NCBI GenBank assembly: GCA_963776275.1
Contig: CAVZMI010000034.1
Location: forward strand, 32,001-96,000
DNA length: 64,000 nucleotides
Direction of reading: 5' to 3'
Source of the DNA: Ignavibacteriota bacterium
GTDB lineage: Bacteria; Bacteroidota; Ignavibacteria; UBA10030; CAVZMI01
A program made the translations under genes and the position numbers. Positions 9,113-21,415 of the stretch are shown piece after piece (within the stretch, counting starts at the first letter, position 1; each line of letters opens with the position of its first letter). Below the pieces are notes generated by a model. The model did no database searches and had not been told where the DNA came from. It was given only the letters and a program-made list of their open reading frames with translations.

Positions 9113-10326
9113 TTATTTCTGCTTTTCCAGTTTGAGTGAGATATTTATTTTTTTCTTATCACGCATAACGGTCATTTTTAATGTATCGCCGGTTTTTGCA
9201 TCGCGAATCACTTCCATGATAGATTCTTCATTCACTATGGGAATACCACTGACTTCGAGGATCACATCGCCGGGCTGCAGTCCTGCCCGATCTCCCGGAC
9301 TATTCTTTTGAACATCGCTGATGATAACTCCCTCGGTTTTCTGCAGGCCAAGTGGTTTTACCATGCGTTCATCCACATTCTGAACACTGATGCCCGTCCA
9401 GAAATCCCTTTCAACCTTTCCATCTTTCTTGAGAATCTCGAGTGCAACTTCTTGATACGATTAATCGGAATTGCAAAACCGTATCCGACATATGTCTGAG
9501 AATACCCCGCGGTGAAGATCAATGTGTTCATTCCAATGACTTCACTGTTCATGTTAACCAGCGGACCGCCGCTGTTTCCTTTGTTGATCTGGGCGTTCGT
9601 CGCGATCATATCACGATAGATTCTCCCTTCATCGCCTGAGAGTTTCATACCGGTCGAGCTGACGATTCCATTCGTAACGATCGGTTTATCGTTAATATCG
9701 AAGAGGCCAAACGGATTACCAAAGGCAACCACATCTTCACCAACCATGATATCGTCCGAGTCACCGAATTGTATATAAGGAAAATTTTCTCCTTCAATTT
9801 TCAGGAGTGCCACATCGGAGACATGGTCGGAACCGACGAGTCGTGCTTTGTAGCGTTGTTTATTCGTCATGGTGATTGTAATTTCTTTCGCATTACCGAC
9901 AACGTGATCGTTCGTGAGGAGGTAGCCATCCGCAGAGATGATAAAGCCAGAGCCGAGTCCCTGTACTTCTTCCTTATATGTTTGATCGCGCTTCTGGTGG
10001 CCAAAAAACTGATCAAAGAAAGGATCATTGAAAAAATTTTGAAATGGATCGCGTACCGTATATTCACGCACTTCTTTAACGTTGATTCCGACGACTGCCG
10101 GACTCGCGACCGCTGCGACATGCGTAATCAATGAGCGTCGTGTTTCACGGGTATTCGGTTGTTTTGTGTTCTCCTGTTGGAACACCGCCTTTTCAGTATC
10201 GTAATGGCGGGTATCGACCCCCAAATTATCCATCGGGCGCGAAGGAGCCGTAGCACGGCCGATAACAAAACCCGCAATGCCAAATAATAAAAAAACCAGT
10301 GCAACGATGATAATACGCCGAGCCAT
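9113..10326 (-). CDS. HtrA/DegP-family serine protease with PDZ domain (frameshift ~9450)
   Basis: GLGSGFII, TNDHVV, DVALLK and GNSGGPL trypsin motifs. The PDZ domain is in the 9113..9376 frame. Confidence 0.9.
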
Positions 10327-10337
10327 AATTATCCTCC

Positions 10338-11332
10338 CTACCGTTTTCTTTTCATCACTTTCTGTACCGATGCAACGATATCATTTTTATGGATATGGTA
10401 TTTTTGCAGTAACTCGTTTGGCGTACCGGATTCACCAAATACGTCATTCACTGCTACCATCTCAACCGGAACCGGAGCATTTCGCACCACAACCTGAGCG
10501 ACAGCATCGCCGAGTCCGTTATTGATCTGATGTTCTTCGGCTGTGACAATTGCACCGGTTTCTCGAGCTGCTGTAATAATCGCTTCACGATCAAGGGGTT
10601 TGATTGTGTGCATATTGATAACCCGGGCCTTGATACCTGCTTGGGCCAGCTCATCTGCGGCTTGAAGTGCCTGCCAGACCATTACACCGCATGCGATAAT
10701 CGTGACATCATTACCCTGCAGAAGTGTATCCGATTTTCCCAGGACAAAAGGAGTTGCGGGATCTGTAAATACCGGCAGAGCAGGTCGGCTGAAACGGAGG
10801 TATGCGGGCCCTTGAGTTCAGCAATCGCAAATGTCGCTTTTCGTGTCTCGTTCGCATCGCACGGGACTATAACGGTCATATTCGGGAGTCCGCGCATCAA
10901 TCCGATATCTTCAAGCATCTGATGTGTCGCTCCATCTTCACCAAGTGTAAGACCGGCGTGTGATGCACAGATTTTTACATTCATCCTGCTGTAAGCAATA
11001 CTCTGGCGGATAGTATCGTATACACGACCCGTCGCGAAGACTGCGAATGTTCCTGTGAATGGAATTTTTCCTGTGATCGAGAGCCCGGCCGCCATTCCGA
11101 TCATATTATGTTCGGCAACGCCTGCGTGCACAAACCGGTCCGGAAACTCTTTAGCGAATTTGTGCATATTGACCGATTCGGTTAAATCCGCACAGAGAGC
11201 GACGACATTCGGATTTTTTCGGCCGAGTTCGACGAGTGCTTCACCGAAGGCAACGCGGGTGGCTTTTTGTTCTGCTGCTTGTATCATGAATTTTTCTTCC
11301 TTTGCAATATTTAAGTATTGTTCTTTTCCCAT
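10338..11332 (-). CDS. Transketolase C-terminal subunit (frameshift ~10800)
   Basis: [25 protein letters not shown], then [10 protein letters not shown] and TAEEH in the second frame. Confidence 0.9.
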
Positions 11333-12201
11333 TCAAGTGTTATAAAGTCGCCGAATTTTGTCGGGGCAAGATCGGCAAGCGCTTTCTTTGCCTGTTCTTC
11401 GTTTGGCGCTACACCATGCCATTTAAAATCTCCCTCCATCCACGGCACTCCTTTGCCCATAATTGTACGAGCGAGTATCACCGATGGTTTCCCTTTCGTT
11501 TGGAATCCTTTATCGATGGCATTTCGGATCTGGTCGATGTTGTGTCCGTCAATTTCCTGCACATCCCAGCCGAAGGCGGAAAATTTATCCGCCAGCGGAT
11601 TGATATCGTACAATTTATCCATAAGGCCGTCAATTTGAATATTATTCCGGTCGACTATAGCAAGAAGATTATCGAGTTTTCTATATCCCGCCATCATGAT
11701 GCCCTCCCAGCTCGATCCCTCCTGAAGCTCGCCATCGCTCCCGATCATAACGACGCGGTTTGGCTTTTTGTCCAGACGCATTCCGAAGGCTGTCCCCGTC
11801 GCTACCGACATTCCCTGTCCCAGTGAACCTGAAGCGATTTCAATACCCGGCGCACCATGAATCCACATAGGCGCAGGATGACCCTGAAGACGGCCGTTGA
11901 ACTTCCGGTATGTTGCAAGCTCACTCAAAGGGAAATAGCTGGCACGCGCTAAAGCCGAATACCAAACGGCAGCCACATGCCCGCACGAGACATAGAAATA
12001 GTCGCGTCCCTCCCATCCGGGATTGGTAGGATCATATTGTAAGACATTAAAGAATAATGTCGCAAATATATCGGCAAGGCCAAGTGGTGCACCTGTATGG
12101 CCGGACTTGGCAAGATAGAGCATTTTAATAATATCGCGACGCATCTGTCGTGCCATTTCTTGAAGATCGGGTGTTTCAAATTTCTGAAATTTCCGTTCCA
12201 T
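11311..12201 (-). CDS. Transketolase N-terminal (TPP-binding) subunit
   Basis: [23 protein letters not shown] and DGH motifs. Confidence 0.93.
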   Translation of the reverse strand: MERKFQKFETPDLQEMARQMRRDIIKMLYLAKSGHTGAPLGLADIFATLFFNVLQYDPTNPGWEGRDYFYVSCGHVAAVWYSALARASYFPLSELATYRKFNGRLQGHPAPMWIHGAPGIEIASGSLGQGMSVATGTAFGMRLDKKPNRVVMIGSDGELQEGSSWEGIMMAGYRKLDNLLAIVDRNNIQIDGLMDKLYDINPLADKFSAFGWDVQEIDGHNIDQIRNAIDKGFQTKGKPSVILARTIMGKGVPWMEGDFKWHGVAPNEEQAKKALADLAPTKFGDFITLEWEKNNT

Positions 12202-12210
12202 TTTGTCCTT

Positions 12211-12855
12211 TCATTGATCAGAAGAAGATTGACCGCGTTTTGTACGAATCAGACCGCGGATGAAATCCGCATGACGCAGAAGGATAAGCATACACAACGC
12301 TGTGCACAACCAAATCATTTCATTCCATTGTATCGGTGTCCATAAGCTTACTTCAACCCACGACCGGGGGAGAAAGAACAACAATATCGGGGTAATAATA
12401 GTCGCTACTACATTCCCACCATGTACATCCCGCCAGATCTTGTATGTTATACACCAGAGAAGACACCACACGAGGGGAAAAATCGAGCCGAGTAATAACA
12501 TGACTCCAAGCGCTGTAGCCAGACCACGACCGCCACGAAACCGTAACCAGATATTAAAATCATGTCCGACGATTGCCGACAATCCGGCAAGAGCCTGAAT
12601 CGGATATCCAGACTTCTCGAATCGCGATACGACAACTACAGCAGCTGCTCCTTTGCATACATCAAACAGAAGAACAGCAATACCCACCCATTTTTTCCGG
12701 GTCACCTGAAAACTGTTGAGGGCACCGACATTTCCCGAACCTGCGAGGCGAATATCACGCTGTGAAGAAAGCTTCACAATGATATAGGCTGCAGGTATCG
12801 AGCCGATAAGATATCCGATCAGAATCGCAAGAATGCCACTGGACAGCAACTGCAC
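12211..12855 (-). CDS. plsY: Glycerol-3-phosphate acyltransferase
   Basis: YLIGSIP, DIRLAGSGNVGA, D-x-x-KG, GH and FRGGRGLAT motifs. Confidence 0.9.
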   Translation of the reverse strand: MQLLSSGILAILIGYLIGSIPAAYIIVKLSSQRDIRLAGSGNVGALNSFQVTRKKWVGIAVLLFDVCKGAAAVVVVSRFEKSGYPIQALAGLSAIVGHDFNIWLRFRGGRGLATALGVMLLLGSIFPLVWCLLWCITYKIWRDVHGGNVVATIITPILLFFLPRSWVEVSLWTPIQWNEMIWLCTALCMLILLRHADFIRGLIRTKRGQSSSDQ

Positions 12856-12936
12856 CTCGGTCGAGTAACCTCAGGAATGATGATTCATCTACTATAAAAA
12901 TAGGGAAAATATGGTGAAGAAGCAAGGAAGCGGGAC

Positions 12937-12978
12937 GAGGTAAAGGTAGAGGTAAAGGTTAAGGTTAAGGTTGAGGTG
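12937..12978. repeat. Hexamer tandem repeat (RAGGTW)n
   Basis: GAGGTA AAGGTA GAGGTA AAGGTT AAGGTT AAGGTT GAGGTG. Confidence 0.85.
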
Positions 12979-13127
12979 GAACATTATAGTTTGATTGCGC
13001 GTCGTCTATATGAGACACTCTCTAGAGAACATTCACCTGAAAGAAGATTTTGAACTACATTATTGAACGACTATCAAATTATCGTTATATTTTCGATTAT
13101 GTTGCCCATCGTAAACTCGGAATCCCA

Positions 13128-14018
13128 ATGAGATATTATATACTGTTTTTTCTGACTATTTTCTTCACTTTCTTTCAGAGAACTAATGCGCAGGAACTTG
13201 AATTCGACGTTTCCATCGATGCACAGCAGCTCCCCACGGCAAACAAGGAGTATGTCACCCACTTTGCGGAAGAGGTGAAGAAGTACCTAAACGATTTTAG
13301 ATGGACAACCGAAGATTATCTTGGCGAGAAGATTCATTGTACAATGTCGATCTTTTTTCTCTCAGGATCTCCGGATAACCGATATAGTGTCAGGGTCTTC
13401 ATCGGGAGCCAGCGACCGATATACCGATCGAACAAAGGAACATTGACATTGCGTATACTCGATGATAAGTGGGAGTTCAGTTACATCCCCGGACAGGGAT
13501 TCCGTCACAATGAAACTCAATTCGACCCGTTGTTAAGCTTCCTCGATTTCTACGCCTGCCTCATCATTGGATACGATACGGATACATTCTCAGAAATGGG
13601 CGGTACCCAATATTTTCAAAGGGCTTCCGATATTGCCGCGCGCGGAGCATCAGAAAATTCGAAGGGGTGGCCGAAAGGAGGCACCGGCTATACGCGGCAA
13701 CAGATCATCGAAGACCTGCTAAACTCTAAATATGCCCCTATCCGCAAGGCACTTTTCATATACCATTTTCACGGTCTAGATATGCTGGAGACGAATCAGA
13801 ATCGCGGTCTCGATAATATGCTGTACGCGATCGACCTGATCGGAAAAGCACAAAAAGCTGAGAACACGGCCCTCCCCCTCGCCAGAATTTTCTTTGAGGC
13901 AAAATATCAGGAAATAGCAGATCGCTTTGCCAACTACCCCGACCGTTCGGTGATCGGAAGATTCGCAGACTACGACCCAACACATAAGAGGGATTACGAC
14001 CAAGCCGGCAGAAGATGA
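13128..14018 (+). CDS. DUF4835 family protein (PorD-like, T9SS-associated)
   Basis: Signal peptide, then QEL-x-x-x-V-x-I...WT...EKIHC...SQRPIY...DFYACLIIGYDTDTF pattern of DUF4835. Confidence 0.8.
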   Translation: MRYYILFFLTIFFTFFQRTNAQELEFDVSIDAQQLPTANKEYVTHFAEEVKKYLNDFRWTTEDYLGEKIHCTMSIFFLSGSPDNRYSVRVFIGSQRPIYRSNKGTLTLRILDDKWEFSYIPGQGFRHNETQFDPLLSFLDFYACLIIGYDTDTFSEMGGTQYFQRASDIAARGASENSKGWPKGGTGYTRQQIIEDLLNSKYAPIRKALFIYHFHGLDMLETNQNRGLDNMLYAIDLIGKAQKAENTALPLARIFFEAKYQEIADRFANYPDRSVIGRFADYDPTHKRDYDQAGRR

Positions 14019-14049
14019 CTAAAGTATATATAAATTTCCCGCCCCGTTT

Positions 14050-14250
14050 TTACTTTTTACGACGAAGCTTCGACAATGATTTTTCGTCAGCAGCATACTG
14101 CTCCATATAACCGCACGATGTACAAATATACCGCGTAAGGTTCGCAAAACCGAACATATCAACCTTAATTACATTATATGTACCAATATCGCTGGGTATG
14201 ACTGTTATTTTCTTGGAGGAGCATTTTGGACAAACGCCTGTAGATTTCAT
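14050..14250 (-). CDS. Small zinc-ribbon protein
   Basis: CPKC...YICTSCGYMEQY. Confidence 0.7.
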   Translation of the reverse strand: MKSTGVCPKCSSKKITVIPSDIGTYNVIKVDMFGFANLTRYICTSCGYMEQYAADEKSLSKLRRKK

Positions 14251-14470
14251 GATGATTTTCCGGAATATTTTTTCATTTAATGATCTGATTTACTCAAGGT
14301 TACAAGTCGTCGGTTTTTATCAACAAATATGAAATCATTACATAATTTCAATTGCCTTCTCCAGAACAATATCATGTTCATCTTTAATACTTTCAGATGC
14401 ATCAATCACAATATTAGGAAATATACCAACGTCTTCAAGAATTGTCATATCCAATTTATATTCAACTGTC

Positions 14471-17400
14471 TCATTCTTCCATAGAAAAACCATGAAATCC
14501 CACAACAGGCTTTTCGCCGCGCGTATCGGCGTTCTCCAATTCCATTTTAACTAAACGCTGCTCGCCGGGCATAAGCGAAATATAATTATCGCTGTATATA
14601 ACCGGTAAAATTCTCTCTCCGCTTTTTTCTCCCGTCACTCTCAACACAACCATCAGCGCGGGTTGATTGGTATTGTTTTTCAGACTGGTCGTCAAATACC
14701 AGCGGTTCCCTTTCTGTTCCACTTTTGTGTCCGAGTCCAATTTCACCTTTGGAAGTTTTCGAATCGCTTTGAGATCACCTTCTTCCAATCCGCGCCAGTA
14801 AAAATTTTCCGAGATCACTTCGCCGCCTCTTTCAAGCTTGAGTCTGATAAAACAAACGCGGCTCAGGCTATCGGCAGATTCAATCCTGAAACAACGTATT
14901 ATGCTGTCTTCCGGACAACTCATCGTTGTTTTCCTTTTTATTTTTACCGTTCCGTCCAGACCGATAATTTCCATGCTTGCCGTAAGCTCGCGACCGTTCG
15001 GAACGCTGTAATTAACAACTTCAATGCTGTCGCTCAATGGATTCCACTGAATATGCAGCGGTTCGCAGGCTTTCTTGCAGCCGAAATAAGCTGCTGTCGG
15101 CTCGAAGTAATAATCATAGGTTTGCCAGACAAGAGAAGGCCATGCAGGGTGGCTCATCCATAATAACATTCCCATCCTGTTCTTACCTTGAGCTTCAAAC
15201 ATTGCGCGATATCCCTGGTAATTCATCCACTGTGAGAATGAAAGCCACTCTTTCAAATCATTCATGGGTCCAAAACTTTCCTCAAGCTGTTGAATAAATG
15301 ACGATCCACCTTGAGCACCATTCAGACAAAAATCGTGGATCCCCCACATGCGCTCCCGGGGCCATATTGCAGAATCGGGCATCATTTGTTTTAGACTTTC
15401 AAACGAGACGATGTCAGGCATCCCCATTTCACTGTGGAGTTTTTCCGTAGCCCTTTTTTCGAAATAAAACTTTGTCGGCATTGCCCTATAGGGCCCTCCA
15501 CCGCTCACCACTCCGAATGCCGAGTTTGATATGTAGTGCACATCCGGGTGTAATTCCTCCAATAATTTCCTGATTGCCGAATCTATTACCTCAGGCGGAT
15601 TGCCTTCGTTACGCCCACAGTATAATGCGAGTGAGGGGTGATTGCGAATTCGCTTCACGAAGTCTTCCACATTCCGTACGAACATTTCATTGTCGCTTGG
15701 GTTCGGACCGTCTACCGGGTTCGCCAGCCAGAAATCCTGCCATATCATAATACCGTGGCGGTCACAAGCCTTATAAAATTCTTCATCGCCCGTCTGTCCG
15801 ACCCAGTTTCTAATCATGGTGAAATTCATCTCTTTGTGATATCGTACTGCGATATCATACTCCCTTCCCCGATAACGAAGCATCGATTCGGAAAAACCCC
15901 AGTTGCCGCCTTTGCCGATGAACCTCCTGCCGTTAATCCAGATTTTCAAAATCCCACCATCTTCGGAGTAAATCATTTCTCTGATGCCCGTTGAAAACGA
16001 AATTGAATCCGATACTCGATCATCTGCAAGAACGAATGTAAGTTCAACATTATACAAATTAGGTTTACCGTATCCGTTCGGCCACCACAACGCGGGATTG
16101 TGCAAGTGAAGCGACGGGTGTGTAGAGGAATTAAATCTTACCCTCGCTTTTTCAGAAGCTTTAAGTGTAACAGATTGTTCAAAAGCAACCCCGCTGAATT
16201 TACCTCGCAGCGTTCCCGTTACGCGTTCCGAGCTATGATTACAAAGAAGTGCTTCTATAGTTACATCAGCCGACGATGTATCCGGAAGGGGTAGTTTGGT
16301 TGAAATAAAAGGATTTTCAATTGTGACGGAGCCACTCACCGACAGGTAAACGTCGTTCCAGATGCCGGTATTGCGTCCGCGTATAGTCGGTATCCAATCC
16401 CAGCCGATAGATGCATGAAAGGTCGGATTATCTGCACCAAGCTCGCCGCCGTTTGCATCGGGACTGAATTTTGTTTGTTCGGTGACAAATCCGGGTGCGG
16501 CATTTTTTTCGATATGTACAGCAATCACATTTTTCTTTCCAGTGATAATGATGCCTGAAACATCGAATTTGCCGCGCGTAAAAGCTCCTTCTATCCGCCC
16601 GAGCTTTTGTCCGTTCAGAAAAACTTCCGCTTTCCAGTTTATTCCATCGAAGTCAAGAGATATCCGTTTCCCTTTATAGGAAGCTGGAGCAATGAACTCG
16701 TCCCTGTACCAGAAATCCGAATAGAAGTAAGAATCCGAAATCATCAATTGATTATCTCCATAGTTCGGATCGGGCAGAGCCCCCGCGTTGAGGTAACTGA
16801 CAAGCACTGTTGCCGGTACGGTTGCAACAATCCAGCTGCTGTCATTGAATCCTGGTCTGGACAAAGCTTCACCGTCGGCGTGAACCTGCGAGCTGCGCTG
16901 AAGCTTCCATGCACCTCCGGACAAATACAATTTCCCATCTTCTTTCACAGAAGGCTGGGCATGCGGGATCGCTACGGGACCACCCCTGCCGTACACTTCC
17001 AATTCACTTAAAATGTAATTGCTGTCTATAGCGGGCTTTTTTAAAAGTATGCGCACATACTTTCCTTTAACAGGTTTGCTTAATTTAATATCATCGGTGT
17101 ATCCCCAATTCTTAGACAGCAACATGACATCCTTCCAGTGCGTTGCGTCGTCCGACACCTGAATCGAACCGGCCACAGCGCGGTGTAACCAATAGAGAAC
17201 AATTCGATCAAATGAACATTCAGCGCCCAGATCTACATAGACCCACTCCTCCCCTTTGCCTTCGCTCATCCATGCGCTGGAAAACTGGTATGCGTCATCC
17301 GATAATGGAACGTGTTCCGTTGGTGAACATGGCAAACTCGCCGATACCCCAACTCTTGGCATTAGGGGAATGTAAATCAACCCGATAGAACCGGTGGTGA

Positions 17401-18032
17401 GACGGTTTCTTCAAATTAAAAGGATAATTGAATATTCGAAAGTTGGGCGGAAGAAATTTTCGGAAAAAACCGGTAATAGTGTCTCCAGGGAGACCGCCAC
17501 CGCTTACAGTACCCAATGTCTCCCAATTTCTCCCTTCATCAGAAACGCTTACAGCCATCTCCCAATGTTTAGGTTCCAGACTGTCAACCAGAAGGCTGCA
17601 TGTTACAGCGATGCTATCCACCTGCGGGATAATACTATTCCCGCTAATTTCTACCTGAGTCCAGACATTCGGACCTACCAGATTTTTCCCTGTCATCATG
17701 TGACGATCCAAAACCCATTCTCTCTCGTTCTTTTTAGCTACTCCATCGCTGTAGGTCGTAACTACAAAGGGGGGAAGTTGTGATTCTTTTATTCCATCGG
17801 TAACAAGCTGCGCAGCCAGATTATAATCGTAACTGCTCGAATTGTAAGCCGGCCTGTGTAAAGCAAGGTTTCTGTACGTTGTATTATCTATTTTTATCGA
17901 CGGAGAGAAATCTTCTTTTGCGTCCCCCGGGTATATACCCACGCCGCGTGTGTGCACCTGAGCCTTTGTCGTAGTGAAGACTAATATCGCAAGAAGAATA
18001 AAAAAGGTATGGAGTAGAGTCATTTTTTTCAT
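14471..18032 (-). CDS. GH2 glycoside hydrolase with discoidin (F5/8 type C) modules, beta-mannosidase/exo-glucosaminidase-like (frameshift ~17310)
   Basis: Signal peptide, WVYVDLG discoidin motif, DGINWKAEVFLNG, LWWPNGYG, INGRR-x-x-x-KGGNW, RNHPSLALYCGRNE and HSEMG. Confidence 0.88.
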
Positions 18033-18108
18033 AATACTTCCTGTCGAAACTGGATGATTGATACTTCTCTCCCCATCAATCTGTCAGCTCGTGAAGCAGA
18101 AGCTCTGC

Positions 18109-19975
18109 TTATGGTGCCTGCACGACGGTGATTTCAAACGGTTTTAAGTTCAATGAAACATCACTAATAACAGGTCCGCCGAATCGCACGTAACTTGTAT
18201 CCTGCTTCACTGATAGCTCCTTGTTGTTCACTGCTTCACGCCAACCGGAAGTCGGAACCTTCTGGATGAACCTAAGCGTCATCGCCGCTGTTTCATCGCT
18301 CATGTTATAAAGGACATATTGCTTGTCGCCGAACAAGTACATGCCGACACCTCCGGGGCCATCCAACTCCGTTCCAAGTTCTCTTACGAAGGCACGTCGA
18401 ATTAAATTCAGAGCCTGCGCGGGGAGACGCAGCAGATCGTAGCTGTTCTCCGGCATATTTAAGACGTATATTCTTCCGTTGAGATACTGCACGTTAAAAA
18501 GGACTCCGAAGTCGTAGTCATCCTTCTCCACGGCTACATCGCGCGCGTAAGGCCAGGTGGTCGTTTCGATGCGGGGGAAAGTGAAAGTCCTGTCCGCCTT
18601 GATGAGATCCTCCCGGAACCATCCTTCTCTCAGCCTGAATTCATCCAACGTCACGCTCCCACCGTAATCAACCAGATTCAGAGTATTCTTGAATTCTGTA
18701 TTCTGAAGTTTTTTCCAGAGCCCCCACGTCATAAACAGGTCTCTTCCTTCACGCAGTCGTACAAGCATCTCATCGGCGAGTCCGGGATCCTTGAGTGAGT
18801 GGAGAGTGAAGATTGCATTCTGACTTTGCGCCGGAAACTTTGCTACTGGAGTGAGCGGAATCCCCGCCATGCCCAAATAACCGAAAATATTGTATTCGCC
18901 TGTAGAGCCGTAAGGCAAATAGATCGGGACTCCGCGCGAAGGACCGTTCAGCATTCCAGCAACTCGGTCGAACTCCTGCAGCTTATCGCGGAAATAAGGG
19001 TAAACGTCGCTTGACGGACCGGTTGCAGGATGAAGCTGACCTGCGCACCAGAGGATTATCTCCGGTGTCTGTGCAAGAACCGCCTGCCAGACCTGAGCAT
19101 TGTAATCGTTATAGTCTCCCTTCATATCGTAATTGTCCAACCACGAGCCGACCCACTTGGAGGAATCGACGCTTGAATACCATTTCTGGAAAATATAACC
19201 GCTGTAGATCGGTATATGCTGGTCGTGATTCATTCGATTCCGTGTTTCGATGCCGACGGCCATATTATCAAATAGATGAGTTTCGTTGTAAACGTCGTAA
19301 CCGTTGTCTCCGAATCCTTCGTACCAGTTCGGGTACTTGATGATGATCCTGACCTCAGGATTTACTTGTTTGGCTGGAGCGATAATATATTTTTTAGATT
19401 GTTCGAGCAATAGTTTTGTGCGGTATTCGGCCCAGGTTTGATTGCCCCGTTCTTCGTAACTTTTCGGATCAGTAGCCAATGTGAAGAGCCAGTCGTCGAT
19501 AATGATATCGTCGAAGATCCCAGCCAGCGCGCTCATTCGTTTCTCGAGGGCTGCCATGTCCCTGGGGTCGTTGTAGGTCAACGGACACTTGTGCTCCGAA
19601 CGGCACCATTCCTCCTGAGACTCTGATACCCATGGCCCGAAACCTGTCGGCGATTTTTTTCATCATTGGAATATCTATTTCTCCGCGGGTGGTCCCTTCG
19701 AGATATACATGATTAGCTTTTATCGGTGCGAAGTATTCCATCGTCTTCTGGAATTTAACAGGATCGGCGAGAAGCGAATCGATATCCCGCGATGTGAAGT
19801 AGATCGCGTACTTCAAGTGCGGCCAGCCCGCTTCGCTCGTCTCGCCTTCGGCTCGCCGAAGCGAACGAGGCGAGCCCGCTATCTTGCTGTTCTCTTGACC
19901 GTGAGCAAAGCGTGTACCCAGAAGCAGGATGGATATCAGTCCGAGGGTAAAGTATTTTGGAATTGTATTTTTCAT
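18109..19975 (-). CDS. Secreted hypothetical protein, possibly glycoside hydrolase-like (frameshift ~19590; 48-bp in-frame palindromic insertion)
   Basis: AAGGAG RBS and signal peptide from the ATG at 19975. The 19469..20020 and 18109..19581 frames join. FDDIIIDDW and IIKYPNWYE motifs. Confidence 0.7.
19825..19880. repeat. REP-like palindrome inserted in-frame in a CDS with AGCCCGCT direct repeats
   Basis: AGCCCGCT at 19825 and 19873 (48 bp apart). Internal stems CTCGTCTCG/CGAGGCGAG and CTTCGGC/GCCGAAG. Confidence 0.75.
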
Positions 19976-20034
19976 CACACACTCCTTGCTGAGTCTATTG
20001 GAATAGTCATATTGTTTCAATGTGTTTCACCATA

Positions 20035-20122
20035 ATCAGCTTATCCGGCATCAAAAAAAAGTCGAAAGCATTCGGGGAAAGGTGATGGTAGTGTAGGAAG
20101 AAGCTTTTAAAAATGCAAGGAG
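20035..20122 (-). repeat. Direct repeat copy 1 (contains sigma70 promoter TTGCAT-N17-TACACT on minus strand)
   Basis: Near-identical to 26710-26795; the promoter-bearing 3' part is identical. Confidence 0.9.
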
Positions 20123-20218
20123 AGAGTAAAAATCCTCAGAGATTTATGATTGCCCGCGTTTAATAGATGCAAAGTCAATTCCGCCGTAACGGAACCGACC
20201 CTGCCGTCGTTGTTCCAT

Positions 20219-20425
20219 TTATCTAATAAATATTAATTTCTTAGTCCGAACCATATCTCCCGCTCGAAGTCTGTAAAAATAAAATCCCGACGCCAGATCT
20301 TGTGAGTTAAACTTATAAGAATATTTCCCGACAGATCGCTCTCCATCAATCAAAACTGCAACTTCTTCACCGATCAAATTGAACAAAGTCAGCCGAACAT
20401 GCGACGTGATATTGTTTCTTAATAT
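20219..20425 (-). pseudogene. Orphan T9SS type A C-terminal sorting domain (5'-truncated gene remnant)
   Basis: HVRLTLFNLIGEEVAVLIDG...LASGFYFYRLRAG...TKKLIFIR with no credible upstream cargo domain. Confidence 0.75.
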
Positions 20426-20586
20426 AAGCATTAATATCGAATTTTCTTCTGGGACATTATTACGATTACAATATAAAAAGTACAAATTGAACTTACCTTT
20501 CAAATCACTTAACTTACAAGTAGAATAAGAAAGTCGTATTTAAATAATACAAGGATTCTATGGATTCGGGGATAAACACCATATAA

Positions 20587-21324
20587 ATGAATGATAACAT
20601 GAAAAAAACTAGGACTATTATACACCCTGCGAGAATTATCAAAAAACCAGTAGCTATCCCTCAAATTGTTAGTCTTCGGAAAAAGGCTATTCAAGCCACT
20701 AAAATTCTTCGTTCAATTTACCATTCACCACAGCATAACAATAAACAAGACCCACTCGATGAGATCGTGTTCATTATACTGTCCCAAATGACAACATATC
20801 GGAGTTTCGAACGAGTATTTGACCGGCTAAAGAAAATCGCTCCAACTTGGGAAATGGTTCGTCGGATGCAGCTGAAGCGGCTGAAGAGACTCATCAAGGA
20901 TGCGGGGCTTAGCAACCAGAAGGCACCTCGAATAAGGGCGGTATTGAACAGACTGCGGAATGACTTTGGTAGGGTAACGCTAGAGCCGCTTAGGCAAATG
21001 AAAACCAGTGATGCCGAAGCCTATCTGGTTTCCCTCCCCGGAGTACAAATGAAGAGTGCAAAGTGCGTATTAATGTACTCATTGAAACGCAAAGTTCTCC
21101 CAATTGATACTCATGTACTGAGAGTAGCACGTAGGCTCGGGCTCTTGGATGATTTGGTCATTTCAGAGAAGGCTCATCGGCGACTAGAAGCAATAGTTGA
21201 ACCTTCGTTTCGTTATGCATTCCATGTTAATTCTGTCTCTCACGGTCGATCGATTTGCCTTACGGCCAACCCACGTTGTCCCTTGTGCAGGCTGAAACGA
21301 CTTTGCGATTACTACAAAAAGTGA
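20587..21324 (+). CDS. Endonuclease III-like HhH-GPD DNA glycosylase with FeS cluster
   Basis: ILSQMT, LPGVQMKSA (HhH with Lys), PIDTHVLRV and C-x6-C-x2-C-x5-C. Confidence 0.88.
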   Translation: MNDNMKKTRTIIHPARIIKKPVAIPQIVSLRKKAIQATKILRSIYHSPQHNNKQDPLDEIVFIILSQMTTYRSFERVFDRLKKIAPTWEMVRRMQLKRLKRLIKDAGLSNQKAPRIRAVLNRLRNDFGRVTLEPLRQMKTSDAEAYLVSLPGVQMKSAKCVLMYSLKRKVLPIDTHVLRVARRLGLLDDLVISEKAHRRLEAIVEPSFRYAFHVNSVSHGRSICLTANPRCPLCRLKRLCDYYKK

Positions 21325-21415
21325 TCTAGGGGCATTGCTTGATTTCGACATACGGCGCCTACACCCTGTGGTGAGCAATGTCCGGTTGTGACCTCCGATG
21401 GGTCAGAGGACTAAA

